Below, piece by piece: positions 20,846 to 30,122 of a stretch of 64,000 nucleotides of DNA (within the stretch, counting starts at the first letter, position 1; the number at the start of each line of letters is the position of its first letter). The notes beneath the pieces are model-generated. The model searched no databases and had not been told where the DNA came from. It saw nothing but the letters and a program-made list of their open reading frames with translations. Origin of the DNA: an uncultured Actinomycetes bacterium (GTDB lineage Bacteria; Actinomycetota; Thermoleophilia; RBG-16-64-13); NCBI GenBank assembly GCA_963706025.1, contig CAVPLM010000005.1, positions 832,001 to 896,000 of the forward strand, in the 5' to 3' direction. A program made the position numbers and the translations under genes.

Positions 20846-21755
20846 ACGTCGCCATCCCATCCAAGCGCCACAGACCGGCACGTCGCGCTTCTTCCACCGC
20901 TGAACGGTATTCCGCCGCGGTCGGTGGCCGGGAGATCTCTCTGTACCTGCGGGCCTCATAGGCCGGACGGTACTGGTCCATGACGTTCACGTACGTGTCG
21001 GGCGACAGCTCCGCGGCGATGAAGCGCGCAGCCTCGGCCGTCCCGGCCAGGCCGTTGGGGAGAACGAGGTGGCGGATCAAGAGTCCCCGGCGGGCCACGC
21101 CCCGTTCGTCGAGCTCCAGGTCGCCTACCTGCCGGTGCATCTCGCGCACGGCGGCCCGGTTGTGGCCTACATAGTCGGGAACGCCGGAGAGGCGCTCGCC
21201 GACCTGCTCGTCCGCATACTTCATATCGGGCATGTAGATGTCGACCAATCCGTCAAGGAGCCGCAGAGTAGCCAGAGAATCGTAACCCCCCGTGTTGTAC
21301 ACCAGCGGCAACCGCAGGCCCTCGTCGACGGCCAGGACCAGGGCGGCGAGTATCTGCGGCACCACGTGGCTGGGTGAGACGAGGTTGATGTTCTCGCAGC
21401 CCAGATCCTGCAGTTCCAGCATCATCCGGGCGATCGCTACCGGCTTCTGCTCCCGGCCCCGGCAGAGATGGCTGAGGTCGTAGTTCTGACAGAACACGCA
21501 GGCCAGATTGCAGCCGGCGAAGAAGATCGTGCCCGAACCCCCGTGGCCCACCAGCGGCGCCTCTTCACCGTAGTGCGGGCCGGCGCTCGCGACCCGCGCG
21601 AGGGCCCCGGTCCGGCATTCACCCAACTCGCCGGCCAAGCGATCGACCCGGCAACGGCGCGGGCACAACGCGCAGCGGCGCAGCCGCACACGTGCTCGCT
21701 GCGCCCGCGCGGCAAGTTCGCCAGAGGCCGACAATCTGAGATAGGCCGGCTCCAT
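20844..21755 (-). CDS. PflX-like radical SAM protein (pyruvate formate-lyase activating enzyme family)
   Basis: MEPAYLRL, CALCPRRCRVDR, SGTIFFAGCNLACVFCQN, DIYMPDMKY, GLLIRHLVLP. Confidence 0.88.
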   Translation of the reverse strand: MEPAYLRLSASGELAARAQRARVRLRRCALCPRRCRVDRLAGELGECRTGALARVASAGPHYGEEAPLVGHGGSGTIFFAGCNLACVFCQNYDLSHLCRGREQKPVAIARMMLELQDLGCENINLVSPSHVVPQILAALVLAVDEGLRLPLVYNTGGYDSLATLRLLDGLVDIYMPDMKYADEQVGERLSGVPDYVGHNRAAVREMHRQVGDLELDERGVARRGLLIRHLVLPNGLAGTAEAARFIAAELSPDTYVNVMDQYRPAYEARRYREISRPPTAAEYRSAVEEARRAGLWRLDGMAT

Positions 21756-21923
21756 CTGCTCCTTCCCGGTACCGCCTGCCCCGGCGCATGTGGCAGATAC
21801 TTCAGGATAACGCTTCGGGATGGGGCGGCACGGCCGTATACTGGAGACCGACGAAAGCCGTCCGGCGCGGACCGAGTCGAGCCCGCGCCGACTCCGCCCG
21901 ACCACCAATGGAGGAGAGGCGCC

Positions 21924-22433
21924 ATGAGAGGCCTGATCGCCTATGACACCTACTACGGAAACGGAGCCCAGGTCGCGGCGGCGATCGCCGACGAACTTCG
22001 TTCGGCCGGCCATGACGTCCGCCTGCTCAACCTGCACGAGGAGAAGGCCGACACTCGTTCCCTGGCCGCGGAGACGGACTTCCTCGTCCTGGGTGGTCCG
22101 ACCCGCATGAAGCACATCGGCCGGAGGGCTAAGCGCTTCGCCAAGCACCTCGACACGAAGGACTGGGCTAACAAGCCGGCGCTGGTCTACGACACCTACG
22201 GTCCGCTCGACCCCGACCCGGCCAAGAACGAGAACAACAGCTGGCTCTATCCGGGGGGCGTCGCCGACCTGCGCGAGATCCTGATGGAGCGCAAGCTTGC
22301 GGTCGATCGCGAAGACCTCCGCTGCCTTGTGGTCGAGCAGAAAGGTCCCCTAGCCGATGGGGCGCTCGACGACGCCCGGGCGGCGGCTCGGATTTTCGCA
22401 GAAAGACTCCAGGGTTTGGTTGCCGCACCGTAA
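21924..22433 (+). CDS. Flavodoxin-domain protein
   Basis: GGAGGAG RBS; LIAYDTYYGNGAQVA FMN loop; VLGGPT. Confidence 0.8.
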   Translation: MRGLIAYDTYYGNGAQVAAAIADELRSAGHDVRLLNLHEEKADTRSLAAETDFLVLGGPTRMKHIGRRAKRFAKHLDTKDWANKPALVYDTYGPLDPDPAKNENNSWLYPGGVADLREILMERKLAVDREDLRCLVVEQKGPLADGALDDARAAARIFAERLQGLVAAP

Positions 22434-22538
22434 GAACGGGTAAAGGATTGTCTTGACGGAGACAGCGCGGCGCGCAGAAGCCAGAGCGGAGAGCCCGGCT
22501 TCGCGGTCAGGGCTGCCTGACCAACGAGAGGAGAAGCC

Positions 22539-22844
22539 ATGAAAGACGTCCATCCCTACTACGCGGACTTCAAGGTCCGCTTCCCCGAGCTGGTGGAGAA
22601 GAACGAGGCCTTGGGCCAGTACATCCATGACCAGGGCGGACCGCTTGATGAGAAGACCCGCTGGCTGATCAAGGTGGGCATATCCGCAGCCAGCCACCAC
22701 CAACGAGCGGTCGTCACCCATGTGGAGCGGGCGCGTGAAGCCGGCGCCACGGAAGAAGAGATACTGCATACGCTCCTGCTGGTGATCCCCACATGCGGGT
22801 TCCCCACATTCATGGAGGCATACCGGATGTACAAGGGGCAGTAA
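22539..22844 (+). CDS. Carboxymuconolactone decarboxylase (CMD/AhpD-like) protein
   Basis: LDEKTRWLIKVGIS...HVERAREAGATEEEI...CGFP; GAGGAG RBS. Confidence 0.85.
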   Translation: MKDVHPYYADFKVRFPELVEKNEALGQYIHDQGGPLDEKTRWLIKVGISAASHHQRAVVTHVERAREAGATEEEILHTLLLVIPTCGFPTFMEAYRMYKGQ

Positions 22845-22845
22845 G

Positions 22846-25800
22846 GTGACCGAAGGGCCGGGTTCCTCCGGAGGAGACTCGAAACCTAGGACCGACGATC
22901 TGCGGAGTGCTGAGGAACAAGCCGGCCCCGAGCCGGCCGATTCGGGACTCCCCGCCGCCGAGTCCGCCGATACCGCCGCCGGGTCCGCCGAGACCGCCCC
23001 GGAGTCGAGCGGCAGCGCCACCGCATCGGCCGGCGCCGCTCCGCCCGACCTCGAGTCCCGCATCCGCGAGATCGGCGAGGAGCTGTTTGCCGCGCTGGCC
23101 GAGCAAGGCCGGCTGAGCGCAGCTTCATCGTTCCTGAGCGGACGGGCGATGCAACGCCGCATCCTTGCTCGAGCCGTCGACGATCCTCATCTCAAGACCC
23201 AGCTTTTCCGCTTCGTCGATGTCTATCCCAGCCTACGCGGGTCAGGAGACGTGGTGCGGCACGTGCGCGCGTATCTCGCCGATGGGGGCGAGCTCCCCCG
23301 TCCGCTGGACCGGCTGGTGGGCACCGGCGGCCAGCGCCTCCCCACTTGGGCGGTCGCCCGGCTGACGGAGCGAGGCATGGAGCGGATGGCGAAGAGCCTC
23401 ATCCCCGGCCGTGACGCCGGTGAAGCCATCCCCACCCTCAAGCGGCTGCGCCGCCACCACACCGGGTTCACACTCGATATCCTGGGGGAAGCCTGTCTCA
23501 GCGAGGCCGAAGCCGCCGAGTATCTGCGCCGCTACCTCGACGTGCTCGACATCCTTCCTCCGCGTGCCGCCCGCTGGTCGTCCGATCCCCTCATCGACCG
23601 GGCCCCCTGGGGCGAGCAGCCAAGAGTCAACCTCTCCCTGAAGCTCACCTCGCTCTACTCCCAGATCGATCCCCTTGACTTCGAGGGCTCCCGGCAGGCC
23701 CTGGTGACCGCGCTCAGGCCGCTCTTCATCGGGGCCCGCAATCGCGGCGTCTTCGTAAATCTCGACATGGAACGCTTCGCCTTCCGCGATCTCACCTACG
23801 CAGTTTTCGCAGACCTGGTACTTGATGACGACCTGCGAGACTACCCGCACGTGGGGGTGGTAGCCCAAGCCTACCTCCGAGATAGTCAGAGCGACGTGCA
23901 AAATCTGGTCGATCTTGCCCGGGAGCGCGGGACCCCGTTCACCGTGCGTTTGGTCAAGGGCGCCTACTGGGACTACGAGACCATCATCGCCGCTCAGGAG
24001 CATTGGCCTCCTCCGGTGTTCAGCGAGAAAGCGCAGACCGACGCTCAGTTCGAGCAGCTCACGAGACTCCTCATCGACAACTGGGAGTGGACCAGACCCG
24101 CCCTCGGCACGCACAACATCCGCAGCATGGCGGCCGGCGTGGCCATGGCCGAAGCGGCGGGACTCCCCGCGGGCGCTCTCGAGCTGCAGTTCCTGCACGG
24201 GATGGCGGATTCTATCCGTCGCGCGGCCGCAGCCCAGGGTCAGCGCGTGCGCGAGTACGTGCCGGTGGGGGAATCGATCCCGGGGATGGCTTATCTCGTC
24301 CGCCGCCTGCTGGAGAACACCGCCAACGAGTCCTTCCTGCGCCTCACCTTCGTCCAGCAGAAGGACCCGGCTGCGCTCCTGGCCGCCCCCTTGGCGGGGG
24401 CGCCGGAGGCCGGAGAGCAGTCGGCGCCCGGGCCGCAGACCGTCGAAGCGGCGGCCGCGGCTCCCGCTGAAGGCGCGACCGGCGACCCCGCTCAGGCCGC
24501 CTTCGACGCCGCTCGGGCCGCGACCGAGGAGCTCTCCCCGTTCCAGAACGAGGCCCACGCCGACTTCTCCCGCCCCGAGACCCGTGCCGCCATGGAGAAG
24601 GCCTTGGCGACCATCCGCGGCAGCCTGGGCCGCGACTACGCCCTCCTCATCGGCGATGACCAGGTGCAGACCGAACGTTCGGTGATCTCGATCAACCCGG
24701 CCCGGCCGGCCGAGATAGTCGGGCGGGTAGCCGCCGCCGGCCGGGACGAGGCCGACCGAGCCCTTGACGCTGCACAGGCCGCCTTCCCGCTATGGAGAGA
24801 CACCTCCGTCGGTGAGAGAGTGGACATCCTGCTCCGCGCGGCCGCCCTCATGCGGGCCGGCCGCTTCGAACTCGCCGCCCTCGAGGTGGTGGAGGCAGGC
24901 AAACCCTGGCGCGAGGCCGACGCCGATGTCGCCGAGGCCATTGACTTCCTCGAGTACTACAGTCGCGAGATGCTGCGCCTGGCTCCCGCCCGGAACTTGA
25001 GCGATGTGCCCGGCGAAGAGGACCTCTACTTCTACGAGCCCCGGGGAGTGGCCGCGGTCATCGCCCCCTGGAACTTCCCCCTCGCCATCCCCACGGGCAT
25101 GGTGTCGGCGGCGCTGGCGGCCGGCAACACTGTGGTCTTCAAACCCGCGAGCCCCACTCCCGTCCTCGGCTACGCCCTGGTACGCATGCTGCACGAAGCC
25201 GGGGTGCCCGATGGAGCAGTGAACTACCTGCCCGGCCCTGGAGCCGAACTGGGTGAGTACCTCGCCGGCGACCCGCGCGTCGATCTCATCGCCTTCACCG
25301 GCAGTCTGGAGGTGGGCGTGTCGATGATGCAGAAAGCTGCCATGATCGCTCCCGGCCAGAGGAACATCAAGAAGGTGGTCGCCGAGCTTGGGGGCAAGAA
25401 CGCCATCATCGTCGACAACGACGCCGATCTCGATGCCGCCGTCGACGGGGTCATCGTCTCTGCCTTCCACTATGCCGGCCAGAAATGCTCGGCCTGCAGC
25501 CGGGTAGTGGTTCTCAAAGAGATCTATGACCAGTTCGCCCACCGGCTGACCCAGGCGGTAGCCAGTCTCAAAGTCGGCGACCCGTCCGATCCGGGAACGC
25601 GTGTCGGTCCAGTGATAACCGCGGAAGCGCGAGACCGGATCCTGGCCGCCGTCAGGCACGGCAAGAGCGAAGCCGAGTTGGTCTTCCCACCGGAGGGGTG
25701 GGTGATGCCCGAGACGATGCATGTCGCATCAGCCGGGGTGCCGGCTCCCACCGGCGCGGCCGCTCCGGCTGAACCCGGCCCCCAGAGCGAACCGGCACCT

Positions 25801-26265
25801 TTGGGCGAAACGGCGCCTGCGGCCGACACGGCGCCCCCAGCCGAACCCGGATACTTGATCCCACCACACCTGTTCGTGGACGTCCCTCCCGAGGCCTCCA
25901 TCGCCCAGGAAGAGATGTTCGGTCCGGTGCTGGCGGTCATGAAGGCTCAGGACTTCGGCCACGCCATCGAGCTGGCCCTGGGAGTTCGCTACGGCCTCAC
26001 CGGCGGCGTCTACTCCCGGAACCCGGCTCACATCGCCCGAGCCCAAAGGGAATTCCGGGTAGGAAACCTGTACGTCAACCGCCCGATCACCGGCGCGATG
26101 GTCGGACGCCAGCCGTTCGGGGGCTCACGTATGAGTGGCATCGGCTCCAAAGCAGGGGGGCCGGACTACCTCCTGCAGTTCCTCGAGCCGCGGACCGTCA
26201 CCGAGAACACCATCAGGCGGGGCTTCGCGCCGCCGGAGGATGTCGATGCTGGGCCGGTGACGTAA
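22846..26265 (+). CDS. putA: Bifunctional proline dehydrogenase / P5C dehydrogenase
   Basis: LFRFVDV, NLDME, VRLVKGAYWDYE, GMAYLVRRLLENTANESF; ALDH part PWNFPLAI, AELGGKN, GQKCSACSR, EEMFGPV. Confidence 0.95.
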   Translation: MTEGPGSSGGDSKPRTDDLRSAEEQAGPEPADSGLPAAESADTAAGSAETAPESSGSATASAGAAPPDLESRIREIGEELFAALAEQGRLSAASSFLSGRAMQRRILARAVDDPHLKTQLFRFVDVYPSLRGSGDVVRHVRAYLADGGELPRPLDRLVGTGGQRLPTWAVARLTERGMERMAKSLIPGRDAGEAIPTLKRLRRHHTGFTLDILGEACLSEAEAAEYLRRYLDVLDILPPRAARWSSDPLIDRAPWGEQPRVNLSLKLTSLYSQIDPLDFEGSRQALVTALRPLFIGARNRGVFVNLDMERFAFRDLTYAVFADLVLDDDLRDYPHVGVVAQAYLRDSQSDVQNLVDLARERGTPFTVRLVKGAYWDYETIIAAQEHWPPPVFSEKAQTDAQFEQLTRLLIDNWEWTRPALGTHNIRSMAAGVAMAEAAGLPAGALELQFLHGMADSIRRAAAAQGQRVREYVPVGESIPGMAYLVRRLLENTANESFLRLTFVQQKDPAALLAAPLAGAPEAGEQSAPGPQTVEAAAAAPAEGATGDPAQAAFDAARAATEELSPFQNEAHADFSRPETRAAMEKALATIRGSLGRDYALLIGDDQVQTERSVISINPARPAEIVGRVAAAGRDEADRALDAAQAAFPLWRDTSVGERVDILLRAAALMRAGRFELAALEVVEAGKPWREADADVAEAIDFLEYYSREMLRLAPARNLSDVPGEEDLYFYEPRGVAAVIAPWNFPLAIPTGMVSAALAAGNTVVFKPASPTPVLGYALVRMLHEAGVPDGAVNYLPGPGAELGEYLAGDPRVDLIAFTGSLEVGVSMMQKAAMIAPGQRNIKKVVAELGGKNAIIVDNDADLDAAVDGVIVSAFHYAGQKCSACSRVVVLKEIYDQFAHRLTQAVASLKVGDPSDPGTRVGPVITAEARDRILAAVRHGKSEAELVFPPEGWVMPETMHVASAGVPAPTGAAAPAEPGPQSEPAPLGETAPAADTAPPAEPGYLIPPHLFVDVPPEASIAQEEMFGPVLAVMKAQDFGHAIELALGVRYGLTGGVYSRNPAHIARAQREFRVGNLYVNRPITGAMVGRQPFGGSRMSGIGSKAGGPDYLLQFLEPRTVTENTIRRGFAPPEDVDAGPVT

Positions 26266-26287
26266 ACGGTACTCCCGTCCTCGAGGA

Positions 26288-26692
26288 TCACGCCGGCAGC
26301 CACTCGACTCCCACTACAGCCTCGACCGCGGCGAAGTCCCGGTCACCTGTCAGAACAGCGCCTTCATGCAGTTGCGCCAAAGCCGCCACCAGGGCGTCCA
26401 CGTAAGGCAACTTGTGAACGGCCTTGAGATGGGCGGCGGACAGCGCCACAGACCGATCGACGGGAAGAATCTCGATGGGCAGTTGGTCGATCGCGGCCAG
26501 CACGGCTTGAGCCGGACGGAGGCCGAGTCGGCGCTCTGTAACGTACGCCACTTCTCCCAAGTTGACGGTGGACATGAGAGCCCGCACTTTGCCCTCACCG
26601 GCAGCCTTCAGGAAGCTTGCGACGCGCTCCGCTCCGACCTCACCCTTAAGAAAGGCGATAAGAGCATGGCTGTCTATCACTAGCGTCCGCAC
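26288..26692 (-). CDS. vapC: VapC-type PIN-domain toxin
   Basis: VIDSHALIA, NLGEV, LPYVDAL, VLTGDRDF (four acidic PIN residues); directly downstream of an AbrB-type gene. Confidence 0.88.
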   Translation of the reverse strand: MRTLVIDSHALIAFLKGEVGAERVASFLKAAGEGKVRALMSTVNLGEVAYVTERRLGLRPAQAVLAAIDQLPIEILPVDRSVALSAAHLKAVHKLPYVDALVAALAQLHEGAVLTGDRDFAAVEAVVGVEWLPA

Positions 26693-26707
26693 GGTATTCG
26701 CCCGCCC

Positions 26708-26947
26708 CTAGTCGCGATCCTCGCGCTCGCAATCCCTCCGCCGTTCCTCCATAAGCAGCTCCGTCAGCGACTCCGACGACTTGAGCATGCCCATAGCCTC
26801 GCGCACCGGGTCCTTCATCGCCGGCACCAAGGCTAACGTACCTCCATAGTCGACAATGTTGACCGCGTCACCTGGTTTCAGCCCGTATTTCTTCCGAAGA
26901 TCCGCGGGGATCACCACCCACCCCTTGCTTGAGATCGTAAGTCGCAT
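26708..26947 (-). CDS. AbrB/MazE/SpoVT-family antitoxin
   Basis: MRLTISSKGWVVIPADLRKKYGLKPGD; GAGGGG RBS. Confidence 0.88.
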   Translation of the reverse strand: MRLTISSKGWVVIPADLRKKYGLKPGDAVNIVDYGGTLALVPAMKDPVREAMGMLKSSESLTELLMEERRRDCEREDRD

Positions 26948-26964
26948 GCTCCGCCCCCTCGTTA

Positions 26965-26994
26965 CGTTATACATGAGCAGTTAGAAGTATAACG
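26965..26994. promoter_or_regulatory. Inverted-repeat operator of the TA promoter
   Basis: CGTTATAC-N14-GTATAACG in an AT-rich patch about 18 bp upstream of the antitoxin ATG. Confidence 0.6.
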
Positions 26995-27134
26995 CAGTCG
27001 CGGCAGCGGCAAAGAAACCTGCCTCGACCCTAGAGTCGCAGGCAAGGCGAACACGGATGCTCAGCCTTTGGATGGAGACTGGCAGTTCTGGCCCAACGCG
27101 CGCCGGCGGCGGTGGTCCGCCTCGCTGTGGCACC

Positions 27135-28171
27135 CTACCCGCGGCGCCGCTCGAACACCGCGCCCACAGGTCGAGGATCAGCCGGGCGCCGTGCAGAGCC
27201 GCCAGTTGTCCCGGATCGTAGAGCGGGTTCACCTCGACGAGATCCATGCCGACGATGTTGGCCCGGCCCGCCACGGCCAGAAGCAGCGTCTTGGCTTCGT
27301 AGTAGGTGAAGCCGCCCGGCTCGGGCGTGCCTGTGCCGGGCGCGACGGCCGGGTCGAGACAGTCGATGTCGAAGGTCACCCACACATCCGCTCCGGGCTC
27401 GATGTGCTCGACCAGCCGCTCTACCCCGTGCGTCACCAGTTCCTGCTTCGCCTGCTGGCACCAGACGCTCGCGACGCCTCGCTCTCGGGCCAGGGCGACG
27501 TTGTCGGCCTGAGTATGCAGTCCCCTGATGCCGTACTGGGTGACTCCCTGGATGAGCCCTTCCTCATGGGCGCGGATGATCGGACTGGCATGAGTGAAGC
27601 GCTCGCCCCCGATGTCGTCCCAATAGTCCATGTGCGCGTCGAACTGCACCAAGTGGAGCGCCCGGCGCGCCCCACTTTCCTTGTCCGCGCCGGCTTCGCT
27701 GCCGCCGAGCACGTTGCTGCCGGAGGCCTCCGGGCCGCCGGCAGCCTCCGACCGTCCCCGGATCACCCCCTGCAGGACCGGATAGGTGATGGAATGATCT
27801 CCGCCCAAGACGACCGGGAAGAGGCCGGCGCGCACGATGGCCGCGATCCTGTCGGCTATGCGTGTGTGGTTGGTGTCCGCCGAAGCGGTCGGAGCCAGAT
27901 CCACGTCCCCGGCGTCGACCAAGCGTACGCCGCCCAGCAGAGATACACCGGCTTCACCGTCCCAGTAGGGCTCGGCCCCGTCCCGATAGGCCCAGTTGGT
28001 CGAGATCGCGCGCAGGGCCCGTGGGCCCTCGCGCGCGCCGGCGCGGCCCGTTGTGCCCTCGTCGTAGGGCACGCCGACGATCACCACCTCTCCATCGGCG
28101 GCCACCGGCTCGGGGACGAAGGGCGACTTGAGGAAAGTGGCGATGCCCGCGAACGGCATGGATTCGGTCAC
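27135..28171 (-). CDS. Ureohydrolase (agmatinase/arginase family); probable missing base near 27168
   Basis: GVPYD, GAREGP, LGGDHS, FDAHMD, FDIDCLDP, APGTGTPEPGG, DLVEVNP; corrected end ...DLVGAVFERRRG*. Confidence 0.88.
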
Positions 28172-28288
28172 ATCATCCTCTCAGTCTCCGCCATGTCAGC
28201 CTCGCAGTCTTCCGGATGGATCGCCCCCCTGCACGCCTGCCTCCGAGGCCCACCGCTCGAGCCTGCCTCCGACGCCCGCCGCGCCGGC

Positions 28289-29771
28289 CTACCTCATGCC
28301 CCCTCCAGAAGCATCCTGCAGGGTCTCCAGCACTCGATCGAGATTGAACGAAGCCGGCTTCTGCCTGGGCGGGAAGTCCTTGAACGACTGTATTTGCTGA
28401 GCTACGAGGGCCTGGGTTCCGTACAGCAGGTAGGCGTGATCGATCAGCCAGTCGTAGTAGGTGTTTGAGTTCTCGTCCGCCCGCTCGAAGGGATCCCGGC
28501 GTAGATGGAACATCTTGGGGACCCGGAGCGGCACGAACGGTTCGGCCCAGCAGGCAAGCTGCTTCGCCCTTTGCTCCATGAACACCAGCTTCCAATCGCC
28601 ATGCCGCACGGCGACCAACTGGCCGTCGTCGTTTATGTAGAAGAACGACTGCCGGGGGCTGTGTTCCTCCTCCCCGGTGAGATAGGGCAGCATGTTGATA
28701 CCGTCTATCCACACTTTGAAGGTCTTGTCGCCGGCCTGGTGTCCCTTAACCAGCTTCTCCCTGACGTCGGGCTCGCCCGCAGCGGCCAGCAGGGTGGGCA
28801 GCCAGTCCTGGTGGGAGACGATGCCGTTCAACGTCACACCGGCGGGGAACTCCCCGGGCCAGCGCACAAACGCGGGCACGCGCCACGCTCCCTCCCAGTT
28901 GGTGTTCTTCTCGCTGCGGAAGGGGGTGATGGCGCCATCGGGCCAGGTGTTGTAGTGGGGACCGTTGTCGGTGGAGTACATGACGATGGTGTTGTCGGCG
29001 ATGCCCAGCTCGTCCAGCTTGTCGAGCATCTTGCCCACCAGCTCGTCGTGGGCCACCATCACGTCGTTGTAGAAGCCCTGGCCGCTCTTGCCCAGGTGCT
29101 TCTCGGCCGGATGAGTGCGGAAGTGCATGGCCGTGGCGTTCCACCACAGGAAGAAAGGCTTGCCCGGACTTGCTGTTCTCTTCCATGAAGCGAAGCGCGC
29201 GTTCGGTGACCTCTTCGTCAATGGTCTCCATGCGCTTCTTCGTAAGCGGACCGGTGTCCTCGATCCGCCCGTCGGCATAGCTGTGGATGACGCCACGCGG
29301 ACCGAAATGCTCACGGAACATCGGATCCTTGGGATAGTCGGATTGCTCCGGCTCTTCCTCGGCGTTAAGGTGGTACAGGTTCCCGAAGAACTCGTCGAAC
29401 CCGTGAGCGCTGGGCAGGTACTCGTCTTTGTCTCCCAGGTGGTTCTTGCCGAACTGGCCGGTGATGTATCCCAGGGGCTTCAGGAGTTCGGCGATCGTGG
29501 GATCCTCGGGGCGCAGCCCGATGTCCGCCCCCGGCATCCCCACCTTGGTCAGACCGGTACGGATGGGGTTCTGCCCGGTGATGAAAGCCGCCCGGCCGGC
29601 AGTGCAGCTTTGCTGGCCATAGTAGTCGGTGAAGGAGAGACCTTCCTGGGCCACCCGGTCGATGTTGGGAGTCCGGTAGCCCATCTGACCCCGGTTGTTG
29701 TGGCTGATGTTCCACCAGCCGATGTCATCCCCCCACAAGATGAGGATGTTCGGTCTCTGCGTCTCGGCCAT
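28289..29771 (-). CDS. Arylsulfatase (Cys-type, CTAGR motif); extra G near 29164
   Basis: [32 protein letters not shown]; second frame [20 protein letters not shown]. Confidence 0.9.
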
Positions 29772-29812
29772 GGGGGATCTCCTCTGCTGGTTTGCGTTCA
29801 CTCGGTCCTTCG

Positions 29813-29839
29813 ATGCCCGCCTACGAACTTCTCCAAACC
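29813..29839 (-). promoter_or_regulatory. SigF/SigB-type promoter candidate for sulfatase 1
   Basis: GGTTT-N16-GGGCAT on the minus strand, about 40 bp upstream of ATG 29771. Confidence 0.5.
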
Positions 29840-29903
29840 TTGCCGATCGGCGCCCGTTCGGGATTCTCAGCAGCCTCGTGAGCCTCGCGATTATCGCTGC
29901 TCG

Positions 29904-30030
29904 CGCTGGGTGGCAGTCGTGGGCTATGTGGTCGGGCTTGTGCTGGTCTTCAACTTCGGCTTCTTCGAAACCGTGACGTTTGTGTTCCCGGCATGGGTCG
30001 CCTTCCTCAGCATATATATCCTGATCAATG
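29904..30030 (+). pseudogene. Orphan C-terminal fragment of a membrane protein
   Basis: [42 protein letters not shown]: two TM-like helices with gene-like codons but no credible start. Confidence 0.45.
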
Positions 30031-30122
30031 CCCCCGCCTCAATGGAACCGGACGGGAAACAACCGGCTACATCGCCGAGACGAGCCTCCAGGCGAGCGAC
30101 ATCCCAGGCTAGCTACCTCGAA

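Noticed and set aside
22418-22443. GGTTG-N15-GGGTAA upstream of the CMD/putA genes as a SigF-type promoter
   Set aside because: Mismatch in -35 and off spacing; too weak to count
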